Positions 14,795 to 31,384 of a stretch of DNA of 64,000 bases are shown one piece after another (the first letter of the stretch is position 1; every line of letters begins with the position of its first letter). The position numbers and the translations under genes were made by a program. The notes beneath the pieces are model-generated. The model saw only the letters and a program-made list of their open reading frames with translations. It made no database searches and had not been told where the DNA came from. The DNA comes from Eledone cirrhosa. Lineage: Eukaryota. The stretch spans positions 343,108,001 through 343,172,000 of the forward strand of contig OZ024741.1 of assembly GCA_964016885.1 (NCBI GenBank). The letters run 5' to 3'.

Positions 14795-14825
<31 letters not shown>

Positions 14826-15070
14826 CTATCTATGAATGTATGTATCTATGCATGCATGTATGTATTTATTTATGTATATATATGTATGTGTATGTATATA
14901 TGTTTGCGTGACTACGTGTGTTTTTGCATATTTATATACGTTAGTGACAGTTTCCCCTAGTGATTGATCACAACTCTATCAGTAAGCACAATGAACTGAA
15001 CTCTCTCATCGATATCTCCTCTCCTCTCGCACATTCTCTAAATCTCTCTCTATCTATCTGCTTATCTATC

Positions 15071-15152
<82 letters not shown>

Positions 15153-15217
15153 TATATATATATATACAGTATGTGTATATATATATGTATAAATATATAT
15201 ATATATGTATAAATATA

Positions 15218-15290
<73 letters not shown>

Positions 15291-15476
15291 TAAACGGAAT
15301 AGAAAATGCTGACAAATTGTTCACAGTTGAAAAATGGTTTAATTAGGAATAAAAGAGTATTAGTGATTGTATGGGTTAGTATTCAGTTGTGGTTTTAAGT
15401 TTTTAAGTTTTTACCGGTTGCGCATTTCTAAATGCTTTTCAAAAATAATTTTGAGATAGAGTGTCCGTGCTGTTTG

Positions 15477-15545
<69 letters not shown>

Positions 15546-16787
15546 ATATATATGCGTGTGTGTGTAAATGTGTGTGTGTGTATGTGTATGCGTGTGTATG
15601 TGTGTATATATATGTGTATACGACTTCCATAATATTTCAAGAATTTTAAATAACATATTGACTGCAGAAATATTCAATATTCCAAATTAATAGAATGATT
15701 TAGATAAATTGAAAAACAATCACTTCAATAATTTCCTAGGGAGGAAGTATGATTGAACTAACTATATTTCAAACTATAATCAATAATATCGTCAAGAAGT
15801 TTGCTCCCGATATAGAATTTGTTTATGGAGGTAACCCCTGGGTCATACATATTTGCATTGACAGTGCATCATATTTTTAGGGGTGAACGGTGGGTGAGAT
15901 TGTTTTTTACATGATAAATTGAGATCTGGTGATTAAGTTGGAATAATCATGATCAAGTTTTTAATATTAATTGTGCAACTACACACAGACACAGAATACA
16001 CACGCACACACACGAACACACACATACACATAATACACACGCGCACACACACGCACACACACACATATTTATATCATTATTTATTGTTAGTACAGATTAA
16101 AGTTTAAGCAAAGAATCGCTGTTTCAACCATCTACGGGATCTTCTGAAACTGAGTTTCTTCTGTACAAATCTGTACAAATAATAAATATTTGCTCTAAAG
16201 GTTTATATATATATATATATATATATAAATGAAAGTATAGAAATTATTGTGAGCGTGAAGCCAACAGTATTCCATAATATATAAGTGACTATAACGTCAA
16301 AATGGAAAATAATTAACGGAAGATGTGGGAAAAATAATTCAAACTCAATTAAAAAATAATCAAGACAGATTTATCCTTAGAATTTTGTGAAATCCAGGGA
16401 AAAATCAATAGAGCCTTAACTCTGATTAAAATAAAGCTTAAATACTCATCCTTCAATTTGGAAAAACTTCAAATGCTCAATATAGTCTTAAAAAGACTAT
16501 TTCACGAAACTTTCAGTGGGGGATGGTCACGGTTGGAATCGTTCATTAGTAGAGCTCAACACGATAACCCTAAACCACTGCTAGAATATGCCAAAAAGGG
16601 AATTTAAAAGCAGGCTAGTTCAACTCATGCGTAAATATGAAATAAACGCACATGAAGAGACATGGCTGGTGACGTCAGAATGAGACGAATGTCTGTTTAC
16701 AGGAAACAGCAGTCAAAAAACATTCCGAAAGAAAACTCTACAAATGTAAAGAGTTCAGCAAAATATATACATATATACATATATATA

Positions 16788-16988
<201 letters not shown>

Positions 16989-17054
16989 AGGTTTGGCAAA
17001 TAAGAAAAAGTTTCAAAATAAATTTTAAAAGATTCAGTGTACTCACTATGGTTA

Positions 17055-17139
17055 CCTTTACCGAATCGGTTTCGAGTCTCAAAAATAAATGGACAGTCCT
17101 TGCGGCCTTCCATTGAAAAGATAAACTCTCGTCAGAAGG
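17055..17139 (-). ncRNA. Type I hammerhead ribozyme motif
   Basis: Minus strand: CCTT-CTGACGA-GAGTTT...AGACTC-GAAA-CCG att CGG-TA-AAGG; intact core, stems I/II/III pair, GUA cleavage triplet. Confidence 0.85.
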
Positions 17140-17542
17140 GTCTTTTCACTCGGAGAATATCAAAATTCCCGAGTTCAAATTACGAACTGGCGCTATTCAA
17201 AATTGTACCCGAGATGAGAATGAATGATGTGGAAGCAATTCTGTCCAGTGCCGTGTGTAAAGATAGAAGCAGAGGCAGGGAGGTCAGTCTACTACCACTA
17301 TAAATAGCAGCAGTCAGAACGACCAAATTTTATCTCGACCAAGAGGAGCAATAATAATAATAAAGTATATATCACTACACGCAAAAAGCGTCTAGAGACA
17401 CATGTATTGTCCAACCATATGCCAATGTGGTTCAATGGCAGGTTAATAAATTAACAAGCCAGAACATATATAATCAAGGTTTAGCAAATAAGAAAAAGTT
17501 TCAAAATAAATTTTAAAAGATTCACTGTACTCACTATGGTTA

Positions 17543-17627
17543 CCTTTACCGAATCGGTTTCGAGTCTCAAACATAAATGGACAGTCCTTGCGGCCTTCCA
17601 TTGAAAAGATAAACTCTCGTCAGAAGG
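17543..17627 (-). ncRNA. Type I hammerhead ribozyme motif (second copy)
   Basis: Same motif, 488 nt from the first. Confidence 0.85.
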
Positions 17628-17652
17628 GTCTTTTCACTCGGAGAATATAAAA

Positions 17653-17736
<84 letters not shown>

Positions 17737-17804
17737 TATACATATATATATATATATACATATAGATACACACGCACACACACACACACACACATACACA
17801 CACG

Positions 17805-17869
<65 letters not shown>

Positions 17870-17875
<6 letters not shown>

Positions 17876-19778
17876 ATCCACCAACTCCTCTCCTTCGTTG
17901 TGGATAATGCACTCTTCAATTTCCTCGGCCACACGTACAAACAAATCTCTGTGCTACCTATGGGCTCTAGTCTGTCCGGCATACTTGCGATCTCGTACAT
18001 GGACCACCTGGAACGCAAGGCACTCAATACCTGCCAACCCAACGCCGTCGCCTTCTACTCCAGATACGTTGATGATATCCTGATACTTACTTCTTTCCGG
18101 GAGATGGCGAATGAAATTCACCAAATCTTCAACGATACTGACCATCACGTCGATTTCACCATCGAACACCCAGGAGAAGACGGGTCACTCGCCCTCCTCG
18201 ACTTCCGTATCAACATCTCGGAAGAAGGAGACATAAACACCACCTTCTACCGCAAAGCAGCGTGCAAGGACTTATTTGTGCATTATAACTCAGCCCTCCC
18301 CAACAACGCTAAGAGAGGCTATGTGCTAAATGAACTGACACGGATCACTAACAGATGCAGCGACCCGATGGGTGGTCTCACCCATACCACGCAATTCCGT
18401 AATCTACTCAGATCTAATGGTTATCCCAAGCGACTGATTAACGGAATTAGAGACCCCAGACCCAATAGACAGACACCCACTAGAAAATAGAAAATTAAAT
18501 AATAGCAGGTGCTTCTTTAAAATCCCCCACCTGAGTGAATATACCACGAACGCCATCCGCAGGGCCATACGGACGGAGGGACTTGACATACATTTGGCCC
18601 ACACAGGACCTTCGCTGCGAAGATGCCTCTCCAACAAACCCGACGAGTCGGATGGGACGTGTTCCCTCAGCAACTGCCCGATACGGGGGGCAGATTGCCT
18701 ACGCACCTATGTCGTATATAAGATTCAATGCGATAAATGTAACAAGTTTTACATAGGTAGCACCATCCGACCCCTACATGTTCGTATCAAGGAACATATC
18801 AACACCAACGCATCTTCCTTCCGTAAACACATCCTTAAATGCGGAAACCCACAGGGTAGACCCTTGGTCACAGTCCTAGCGACTGAACGCAGCATCGGAT
18901 CCTTAAGGATAAAGGAAGCACTTGTTATTAAGAACCTCAGACCCCCACTTAACAACCGGGCTGAGATAAATGAGCTGACATGGCTAACTTAACCATAGTG
19001 ACCATTCACAGCCTACGGCCTGCTATCTTCACACACACGCACGTATATGCATACCCATACGCATACACACACACATCTATATTTATACACGCACACATGT
19101 TTTTACAACCTACCACCTTTCACACCCTTTGATTTCCAGCTTCTACAGCCCACTATCTTTCACACACAAACGCACTCACACATATACACACACAGTTACA
19201 CACACATGTATACCCATACGCTTACACACACACATCTATATTTATACACGCACACATGTTTTACAACCTACCACCTTTCACACCCTTTGATTTCCAGCTC
19301 CTACAGCCCACTATCTTTCACACACACACACACTCACACATATACACACTTACACTTATACACACACAGTTACACACACATATATATTTACACACACATA
19401 TCTTACGGCTTTCACACGCTAGCGCACCCTCTTGATTTAACCCATTTGGTCAGTAGCTTTTGCCACAACCTATCACGCGCACGCGCATTCTTTCCCTCGT
19501 TTAAATTTTAAATAATTTTCTCCCCATAACGGCATTCCTGTCTTAACGACATCACAACTTTCTCCGCTTGGCCTGTTCCCCCCCTTTTGGAACTTTTCCC
19601 CCGTTGATGGGCGTGAGCCCGAAATATTGGGATTAAATCTCTACTATGGTAACCCTTCTACCTTTGTTTTGTTTTCATCTTTGTCTCTCTCAATTTTCAC
19701 TTTCACCTTTTTTCCTATCTATCTTTCACTTCCTACCTCGAGATTTCCCTCTGCATTGTTGTGGCTTTCTTAAATACG

Positions 19779-19780
<2 letters not shown>
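17870..19780 (+). mobile_element. Penelope-like element, 5'-truncated (RT + GIY-YIG), disrupted
   Basis: [33 protein letters not shown] (17900-18490); GIY-YIG VVYKIQCDKCNKFYIGSTIRPLHVRIKEH..KEAL..PPLN (18594-18992); one stop/frameshift; (TA)n flanks; degenerate HHR at 19597-19632. Confidence 0.93.
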
Positions 19781-19837
<57 letters not shown>

Positions 19838-20352
19838 CCTTATCGAAACCTCTTAGGATTTTAGTCTTCACAATTATTTTTACTATATCTATCTATAATA
19901 TATAAATATCCTTCGCTTTGTGAAATCATTTCTTGAAACGAATAAAGTAATACTTTAGGATGGTCACGCTGTGAATAAAGTTAACATGCCATCAATAGAA
20001 TACATTAGAGGAATAACAAGCTCGGTACGCACTAGCGACCGATGACCATATAAGGACAGATAAGAATTTTAAACCAGGAAGTTAAGAAGTGAAAAAGTGA
20101 CTGGTGGTGGACACATTAAGTACACATAAAGCATTTAGGCTGAATGGAAGGAGAAGAAAAGGATGTAAACTCGCATATCTCGCGTGATGTCGAAAAAGAG
20201 TCGGGCGCCGTCATCTTCATTGTACCCTGAGCTGATCGATATTAAAACAATTGTAATATGCCAATAAAATTTGTACTTATGCTGCAACACTGACTTCGAT
20301 TCTTCTTAATCTCCTCCCCCCTTCCCCTCCCCCCTTCCCCTTCTCTCTGTCG

Positions 20353-21136
<784 letters not shown>

Positions 21137-21200
21137 GTATATATATATATATATTATTCAGAATATTAATAAATGAAGACATTCACATAATGAAAATATG

Positions 21201-21263
21201 TTTTATTATATATATTTCGAAGGTACTGTGGTGTTTTTTTTAGTACGTCCTCGTCAGATAAAA
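21201..21263 (-). ncRNA. Minimal type I HHR motif (same family as 33424 and 57698)
   Basis: Minus: TTTTAT-CTGACGA-GGAC GTACT..AGTAC CTTC-GAAA-T ATAT A-TA-ATAAAA. Confidence 0.7.
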
Positions 21264-21501
21264 TACATGAATTGATGTGACATACCTCAACGGTCTTTGA
21301 TGGTTGAATTCCAGTATTGGCAGTGATTTATTACAATAAATCTCAACATTTATATACCACAAATAATAACATGAATGAAGAAGAGGATGTGGAGTGAGAT
21401 ATAGGTATAAGGAGGGGTGAGTATGATAAAATGCAAGAAGAAAATAAATACATACATACATAACTATTTAGATGCGTAAATATACGTGTTAGGGAAGAAA
21501 A

Positions 21502-21538
<37 letters not shown>

Positions 21539-21875
21539 AGAAGAAGAAAGAAAGAGAAATGATGTGTGACCGTTGCTTTCAAATATTAAGTCAAATAGAA
21601 GCGACCAATTAAATACCATGACATTTTAAAAAATCTTTTGTATTTGGTTATGTTTAAGCTAATTATACAAATATATTATATGAAAATTAAACAATATAAA
21701 AATATTTTCTATAGTAATCAGAAGCATAGTTTAATCAATATATTTACTAAATATTTTGTTACAATATTCAAAAACATTTTTATCTTTAAAGCAAGTTTAA
21801 ATACCTATTAAATATGTATAAGCATATTTACTAAAACCTATGCATATATCACCATCAGTATATATATTTTATATA

Positions 21876-22041
21876 ACTGTTTCTACTTTTGGCACAAGGC
21901 CAGCAATTACACAGTACATTACTGGTACTTTATTTTATCGACCCCATAAGGATGAAAGGCAAAGTTAACCTTGACGGGATTTGAACTCAGACCGTAAAGG
22001 GATGTAACTATGCGTCCAACCCTCTATCGATACTGCCAATT
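21876..22041 (-). mobile_element. SINE copy
   Basis: Reverse complement of the SINE consensus. Confidence 0.85.
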
Positions 22042-22529
22042 CAATATAACGTTAACAATTATTATCTGAATTATTCTATTTTCATTATAAAATCATTTCA
22101 ATTCATTGGTTGTCATTTCATTATAGGATTAATTAGTAGTTATATTTACTCTTAAAATTATTATTATTTCGATTTTACTTCCGTAATTACATCTTATTAT
22201 ATAAAGTTTCCTTTTAAGGATTTTTCGTATATTATTAAACTGTATAAATCATATTAAATATACATTAGCAATCCGTTTGGACAGAACAAAATTATTTACG
22301 AAGAATGTAAACAAAGGAAGATAACTCGTTCAACATATGTGAACATTTAAGATATTTAAGTACTTTGAAAGCCAAAAGATATTTCAAACTGCAAATTCTG
22401 AAATTTCTAGCTACACAATGACCATTCTAAATCCAAACTTAGGATACCGAGTCTCATCATGAGATTAATTTACTATATGAAAACAATATACAATTTTTAA
22501 GGTAAGGCAAACCGTTATATATATAATAA

Positions 22530-22695
22530 TAATTGTTTCTACTTTTGGCACAAGGCCAGCAATTACCCAGTGTATTACTGGTACTTTATTTTATCGACCC
22601 CGTAAGGATGAAAGGCAAAGTTAACCTCAACAGGATTTGAACTCAGAATGGCAAAGCATGGCGTCCGACCCTCTACCGATACTGCCAATCCACCG
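22530..22695 (-). mobile_element. SINE copy
   Basis: Reverse complement of the SINE consensus. Confidence 0.85.
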
Positions 22696-23034
22696 TAATA
22701 ATAATAATAGTATTTCAAGAATTATTAATAGTCAATATTTTTTCTTCATAGTCAATATTTTTTCCGAAATTTGTATAATGCTTGAAAGACTTATGTAGAC
22801 AGCTTCCGAATAATTCTTTTTTCTTATTAATTAAATTACCATAATTTGTAATTATTAATATAGTTTCTATATATATATATTGACAGCACGGATTTAAAGA
22901 CTCGCATTAATCCCCTGTAATTTTATGAGCTCAAGGAATGAATTATCAATAATACAGCATATAGATACGAAAACATAAAAAGGGGTTATGCTTTCATTTT
23001 CACCGAGTAGAGAACCACTATGAAAACATAACCC

Positions 23035-23100
<66 letters not shown>

Positions 23101-23356
23101 TACACATAGTATATCCAGTGGCAAGGCTCCAGTTCTGGAGTTCGGGAGCTGTGGGGAACGTGGAGTTATCCCTTAGTTGTTATCACTCCCAGGTCTGCTC
23201 TGGCCCAGAGTAACATTACCTGTTACGGCCCCATTTATGGGTTAAATAATTACTTTTTCGAGTGGCGCCGGTAAGGTATTATCAGCCATTGAAAAGAACA
23301 ATCTCGGGAATTTTACTCGCCTTAGATATATATATATATGTATATATATGTATATA

Positions 23357-23394
<38 letters not shown>

Positions 23395-23699
23395 TACGTG
23401 TAGACGGTGTTTTGTTGGATGAACATTGGATTTCTATTTAACTGTATTTTCGTTATTATATTCCATTATAATGTATATTATATATAATACGTATTGCATA
23501 TGCATGACATCTACTACATTTGTAAGTTAAATCTGTTTTTCCGCTGTATCACATACAAGTCACAGTCATATAGTATGCATATGACATGTGTTTCATTTTT
23601 TATTTACCTCAATATATACTCTATTGTTTATATTTAGTCTGTCTTCTTATTATTCTCCTCCATGTTTGTAAATTCTGTGTATTCAAACGTATAGAATTT

Positions 23700-25310
<1,611 letters not shown>

Positions 25311-25452
25311 TGTATACCTGTGTATCGGCGTTTAGATAGTTAGTGTATTCATATGTCTGTGAATATGCGTGTCTTAGTATATTTTCGATATTTTATTTTA
25401 ATGTATATTCGTGTGTCTATTTGGCTGTTTCAGTGTCTGTGTGAATATAAAT

Positions 25453-25567
<115 letters not shown>

Positions 25568-25939
25568 TCGTATATGTGTCTGCGTGTGAATATGTATGTA
25601 TTAGTGTACATATACGTATTAGTCACAACAAATAAACAGCACTAAAACACACATGTATGCATACTTCTATATATTATACATCCGTGTATATTTACCTGTA
25701 TATAATATATGTCTGAGTTTGCTTGTATATGGCTATTTTAATATATATTTATTACTGTATATATACGTTTTTTAGGGTATATTTGTGTGATTTAGTTTGA
25801 CGTTTATACATCTTGTACATTTACCATTCTTTAATATATCAGCCTAGTATTTCCTTCAGCTGTGGCTAGATTGTATTTATTTGTCTATTGTTTATCCAGT
25901 TCTGCTTCCTTTTGCTTTACTTCTTTCATCTACAATGGC

Positions 25940-26155
25940 ATGATGATAATGACGATGATGATGATGATGCCGATAATCCTCCTAGTTGTCTTGTTGTTGT
26001 TGTTGTTGTTGCTGTTGCTGTTGTTGTTGCTGTTATTGTTGTTGTTGCTGTTGCTGTTATTGTTGTTGTTGTTGTTGTTGTTGTTGTTCTTCTTCTTCTT
26101 CTTCTTCTTCTTCTTCTTCTTCTTCTTCTTCTTCTTCTTCTGCTTCTTCTTCTCG

Positions 26156-26196
<41 letters not shown>

Positions 26197-26272
26197 CTTC
26201 TTCTTCTTCTTCTTCTTCTTCTTCTTCTTCTTCTTCTTCTTCTTCTTCTCCTCCTCCTCCTCGTTGTTGTCG

Positions 26273-26304
<32 letters not shown>

Positions 26305-26371
26305 CTTCTTCTTCTTCTTCTTCTTCTTCTTCTTCTTCTTCTTCTTCTTCTTCTTCTTCTTCTTCTTCTCG

Positions 26372-26415
<44 letters not shown>

Positions 26416-26473
26416 CTTCTTCTTCTTCTTCTTCTTCTTCTTCTCCTCCTCCTCCTCCTCCTCGTTGTTGTCG

Positions 26474-26505
<32 letters not shown>

Positions 26506-26955
26506 CTTGTTGTTGTTGTTGTTGTTGTTGTTGTTCTTCTTCTTCTTCTTCTTCTTCTTCTTCTTCTTCTTCTTCTTCTTCTTCTACCACCGCTACTACC
26601 ACCACTAAAACCACTACCACAACCACCAGGCACCAGCACCACAACCCGCGCCACCACCTGTACCACCAACACCACCATCACGGCGATGATGTCGACGACG
26701 TCGGCGACTACCACCAAAACAACCACTTTCACCACTAGAACCAGAACCACCACCACCACTATCACCCCCACCCCACCACTATCACCGCCACTACGACAAC
26801 TATCGCCACCAGCACCACCACCACCACCATCACCACTACCACCACTACCACCACCATCACCACCACCAGCACCATCACCACTACCACCACCACTACCACC
26901 ACCAGCACCACCACCACCACCACTACTATCACCACCACCACCACCACCACCATAA
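25940..26955. repeat. Trinucleotide mosaic: (GAT)n, alternating (GTT)n/(CTT)n blocks, then (CCA)n
   Basis: Directly visible. Confidence 0.95.
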
Positions 26956-26962
26956 CATTTTA

Positions 26963-28670
26963 AAGGGCGGTGTATTGAGGATATAAATCGAAATCATTAG
27001 AACGAACAGCGGGACAAAATACCTTGTGGTATTTATCTACTTCCTTTAACATTTCCAATTCAAATCCCAATAGTTTCAGCTTTGCCGTTGGGGTCGATAG
27101 AATACATATCAATCACTGTGATCGACATCATCGACTACGCCGACCCTGCAAAATATATGGCTCTGTTTGAATGTTAAAGGTCTTAATAGTATTTATTATC
27201 GTCAGATTTGAAGAGGGGTGGGAATTCCTTGAGGCATCGGATTACTGCAGTTTTCTCTTTCATCTTTCTTGTATCAATAAAATGAGTACTAAGCAGGAAC
27301 GGAGATCAATCTAATCAATTATACTATCCTCTTCTCTAAATTCGTAGCGTTTTTACCGATGTTATTATAACCAACAAGGGTGGTAGATTGGCAGTATCGG
27401 TAGAGAATCGGACACGATGCTTTGCAGCATAGAGTTACGTCCCTTTTCGGTCTGAGTTCAAATCCCACCGAGGTTTACTTTGCCTTTCATCCTTACGGGG
27501 TCGAAAAAATAAAGTACTAGTAATACACTGAGATACTTTTGCCTTGTGTCAAAAGTAGAAACAATTATTAGCCTTATTTTAAAGGCATGTCATCAATAAC
27601 ATACAGAGTACAGCTCTGTGTCCTTGGGTATGTCAGTGTTGTCATTTATATTGTATTGGGAGTACTCTTCATAATATGTGCCTAGTAGTGTTATTTTCTG
27701 TATGCTGTATATATTTATAAGTCCTGGGGTTTTGGTTATATATTTTTTTTGTATTATTGTTATTATTTTTATTTAAGGGCAGTGAATTGGCAGTATCGGT
27801 AGAGTGTTAGACGCCATGCTTTGCAGCATAGAGTTACGCCCCTTTTCGACCTGAGTTCAAATCCCACCGAGGTTAACTTTGCCTTTCAACCTTACGGAGT
27901 CGATAAAATAAAGTACCAGTAATACACTGGGATAATTGCTGGCCTTGTGCCAAAAGTAGAAACAGTTATTAGAACTAACAATGCGATGTAAAGGTAAAAT
28001 AGTTAGACCATCGGACAGAATCCCCTGAGGTACGTGTTCCGATTATTCATGTTCTGTGTTGAAATTACGCCGAGGTCACCTTTGCTTTTTCCTATTTCCA
28101 GTATCTATAAAATCGAGTACCAATGAAATACTTTGGTGTATTTCATCGACTAACTCATTTTCTCTTATGTTCTGGCTTTGTGTCCGTGTTAGAAACGATT
28201 ATTATTGGAACTAAGGGTGGTGGATTGGCAGTATCGGTAGAGCGTCAAACACCATGCTTTGCAGCATACAGTCGATAAAATAAAGCAGCAGGAATGCATT
28301 GGGATAGATTTAATCGACCTTCTCCCCCACCCTTTAACATTTCTGGCCTTGTGCCTAAAGTAGAAACTATTATTGGAACCATTGATCAGTCTATAGGATC
28401 AACTGGTCTGCTGGAAAATTGTAGTAAAATGTCCCCAATTATTGTCGCATTGTCTTTTAAAATGGAAGCCTCATTAACTACTTTTCATCACAAGTGTCCT
28501 CGATCAGATTTGACGGGAGTCACACAATTTGTCCTGGAATGTCACTGAGAGGACGGCAAATTATCGAGTCTGATAAAATTCTTGGCGGTTTTTGTTCCGG
28601 ATCCTTGCTCCCTGAGTTCAAATCCTACCGAGGTCAACTTTACCTTTCATCTTTTCAAGGTCGATAAAAA
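26963..28670 (+). mobile_element. Cluster of about six SINE copies of different ages (~26963, 27376, 27775, 27990, 28212, 28548)
   Basis: Repeated GGCAGTATCGGTAGAG, GAGTTCAAATCC and GTCGATAAAA..GTAC motifs, all on the + strand. Confidence 0.8.
27585..27745 (-). mobile_element. 3'-terminal fragment of an RLE-type LINE
   Basis: Minus strand encodes an IQKITLLGT..RVL-like C-terminus typical of R4/NeSL-type elements. Confidence 0.5.
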
Positions 28671-31384
28671 AGTAGCAGTCTACTACAAGGAACAATTCAT
28701 ATTCTATAACTCTTTCTCACTTCCTTCCTCTGACTCTCTATTTTTCTCTGGAAGTAATCGGCTGTGTTCAGACCTGGAGAGGAGATGAACTGTGCCAAGT
28801 TTTAAAATATCCAAGAAACCCCGTATATCAATATGGTGCTACTACGACTTCATCAGGTGTTAGGGATCCGTGCATGCATGAAACTAAATGCGTAGTGTTT
28901 GAATTTGTCTGTTTCGAAGCTGATTCCTCTCTATGATGGATATACTTCATAGAAGGTCCCATCATATTCACAATATTGCAGAAATACTTAACTATCAAAT
29001 GCTCTCAGACATTTAGCTGCAATTAAGCGCCAACAACTCCATGACCGCTTTCCCTTCCTGCACTGCTTTGATATATTTCAATTTCTTCTGGACAATTTGA
29101 TAAGATGGGAAAATTGTTCAGACTGCTGGAAACAAACAGATGGAAACGTTGATGAATATTCAAGATGAGGAAAATAGTATAAAAACAAAAAATAAAAATA
29201 AAACAAAACAAAATAAAATAACATACATCTATTAATGTTGTTGTTGCAGTTTCCAAGTTGACAACTGTTGCTGATGTGATGACTGTTGATTATCCGCCAT
29301 TGTATATGGCAGTTTTATCCCTGGTTGGTTTTTTTTTTTTATGTTGTTAACTTGTTGGTACAAGTGTTATAACAATTCGTGTTCGAAGTTTGTCCTTTTA
29401 TTTTTATTGCAGTTGTCTCTTGCCATTGCTTTCTGTAAAGGCAAAAATCCTTAAAAAAGGTCCTTGTCCGTATAACCATATGTAACTTCCTTTCTTCCAC
29501 AAGAACACTTGTATTTTTTAGTAGTGTATCGTAGTCGTTTTTGAGGTCGCCAGTCTTAGTCTTTTCTATCGTTATTACCACTAGCAGAAAACAACCCTTA
29601 CGGTGGTTTTCTGCTAGCATGTGTAGTGTACATATTGATATTATACGAATATATATATATATTTATGCATGTAGATATGATAGGTCAAATAAAATCGTAA
29701 TTGACAATATGCACAGAAATTGAAGAGAGACTGTGTTACACTCTCTCCTGTAATTAGTAAAGTAATCCATGATTATTTACAAAAGACGATATTATATATA
29801 AACTGCATTACGACAAAATTTTATGAAAACGAAAACAGAGAAAATTAGCGACGGAAATACCTTATATAATGATACAAATATATGAACGTTTATATAAGCG
29901 CCGTGATAATATATCATAAGCAGAAGTATTGACATTTGAAAATTTTATAGAAGTGAATCGTGAAATAAGCAATAAAATTATTTATATCTAATCAAGTGTT
30001 ACGAAATTTAGTAGATAAATTATGTAATATTCATTCATTATTTATTCAAAGTAATCCAACTTAATTTACTAACGGGATAAAAAAATATATTTAGTCCCGC
30101 AATCCTCTCTTTTTTATATTATGATAAGAAGTGCTCTGATGAACTTTTTCTTTTACTTCCAGATCACTTTGTACTATCTCGTCTTACTTGAAACTTGCAG
30201 GATCTTCATTCCGGATGCTGTTGTGGTTCTACGAATAAGTATTTATATGGTCGTAGTTTTTTTCTTCGAACTGCTAGACTTTGAAACTCTCTTCCATCTC
30301 GTTGTTTTCCTACTTCTTTTGAGCGGAACTCTTTCAAGTTCAACGCAAATCCATTCTTTTTTCTTAATTTCTCCTTCAAAATCCCTTACCCTAAGTTGCT
30401 TCAAACCTTGCTTGTGACTTCCCCCCCAAAAATAAAAAAAACTAACCATTCAATTATATATATGATTCAGTCAATGTTGATGTTTTACTGTTTTCCCGTT
30501 TTCATATGTTTATTTCATCATTCGTTTTTCTGCTGAACCCCAGAAAGGCGTCCCAGCCATGCCCACCTTGTCTTATTTCATACATATTGAATCAAGAACA
30601 CTGTCATACTATATGTCATTCTGTTATGTTTTTTGTAAAAGACGCGATTTGTGGGAAAGCTCACTGTTATTTCTTGCAGATTGACAGACCAGCTAGCGAA
30701 TCTTTTTATTGGTGTTCTTTATAGAGTGTGGAGTATCTACATGCATTGCTGCCATTGTTGCTATGGTTGCTCTTCCATATACTGTTATTATTGTTATTGT
30801 TGTTGTTATTTACACTCTTGTTTGCTATTGCTGTTATTTACTAACAGTCTCTTATATAACAAACCCATGATCAAATGTTTGCCAACGCCGACCTCCCTGA
30901 CATTTACGTTATTCAATATCTCTTTCCTATATTGGCACAGCAATATGAAGCTTGAATGCTATTTTTAGCATGTAAAACGACCACGTAGAGGCTCTCCTTC
31001 CGTTCCTGTAGCTATTGTTGTATGTATAATTTAGTGTACGTATTGTTACTGAAGTTAGTCTTCCCAGAGGAAAAGAAAAATGGCAGCTTTTCTAATTGTA
31101 GTAGTTTTTTTCCTATGCCTGTATCTGCTCCCATATACTTGGCAGATTATAAGGATATTGTTCTGCGACAAACGACAAAGGAAGAAGTTCAGTTCAAATA
31201 TCTTTCACCTAAAGGCGTAATATTGTACATCTCCATTCCATCATAATCTCTGACTACATACTACGTTCACCATAAATGTAATGAAACAATAACAAATAAA
31301 TTGTCTTCAACAGAAAAATACTGTACTTCCGTTACAATCAGATCAGCACTATGAATATCTGACTAAACTAGCAGCCAATAATAA

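Noticed and set aside
25862-26955. Long poly-L/V/C/S/E/Q ORFs
   Set aside because: Trinucleotide arrays are open in most frames by construction
28845-28860. Minus-strand CTGATGA
   Set aside because: No convincing stem II, GAAA or stem I partner found
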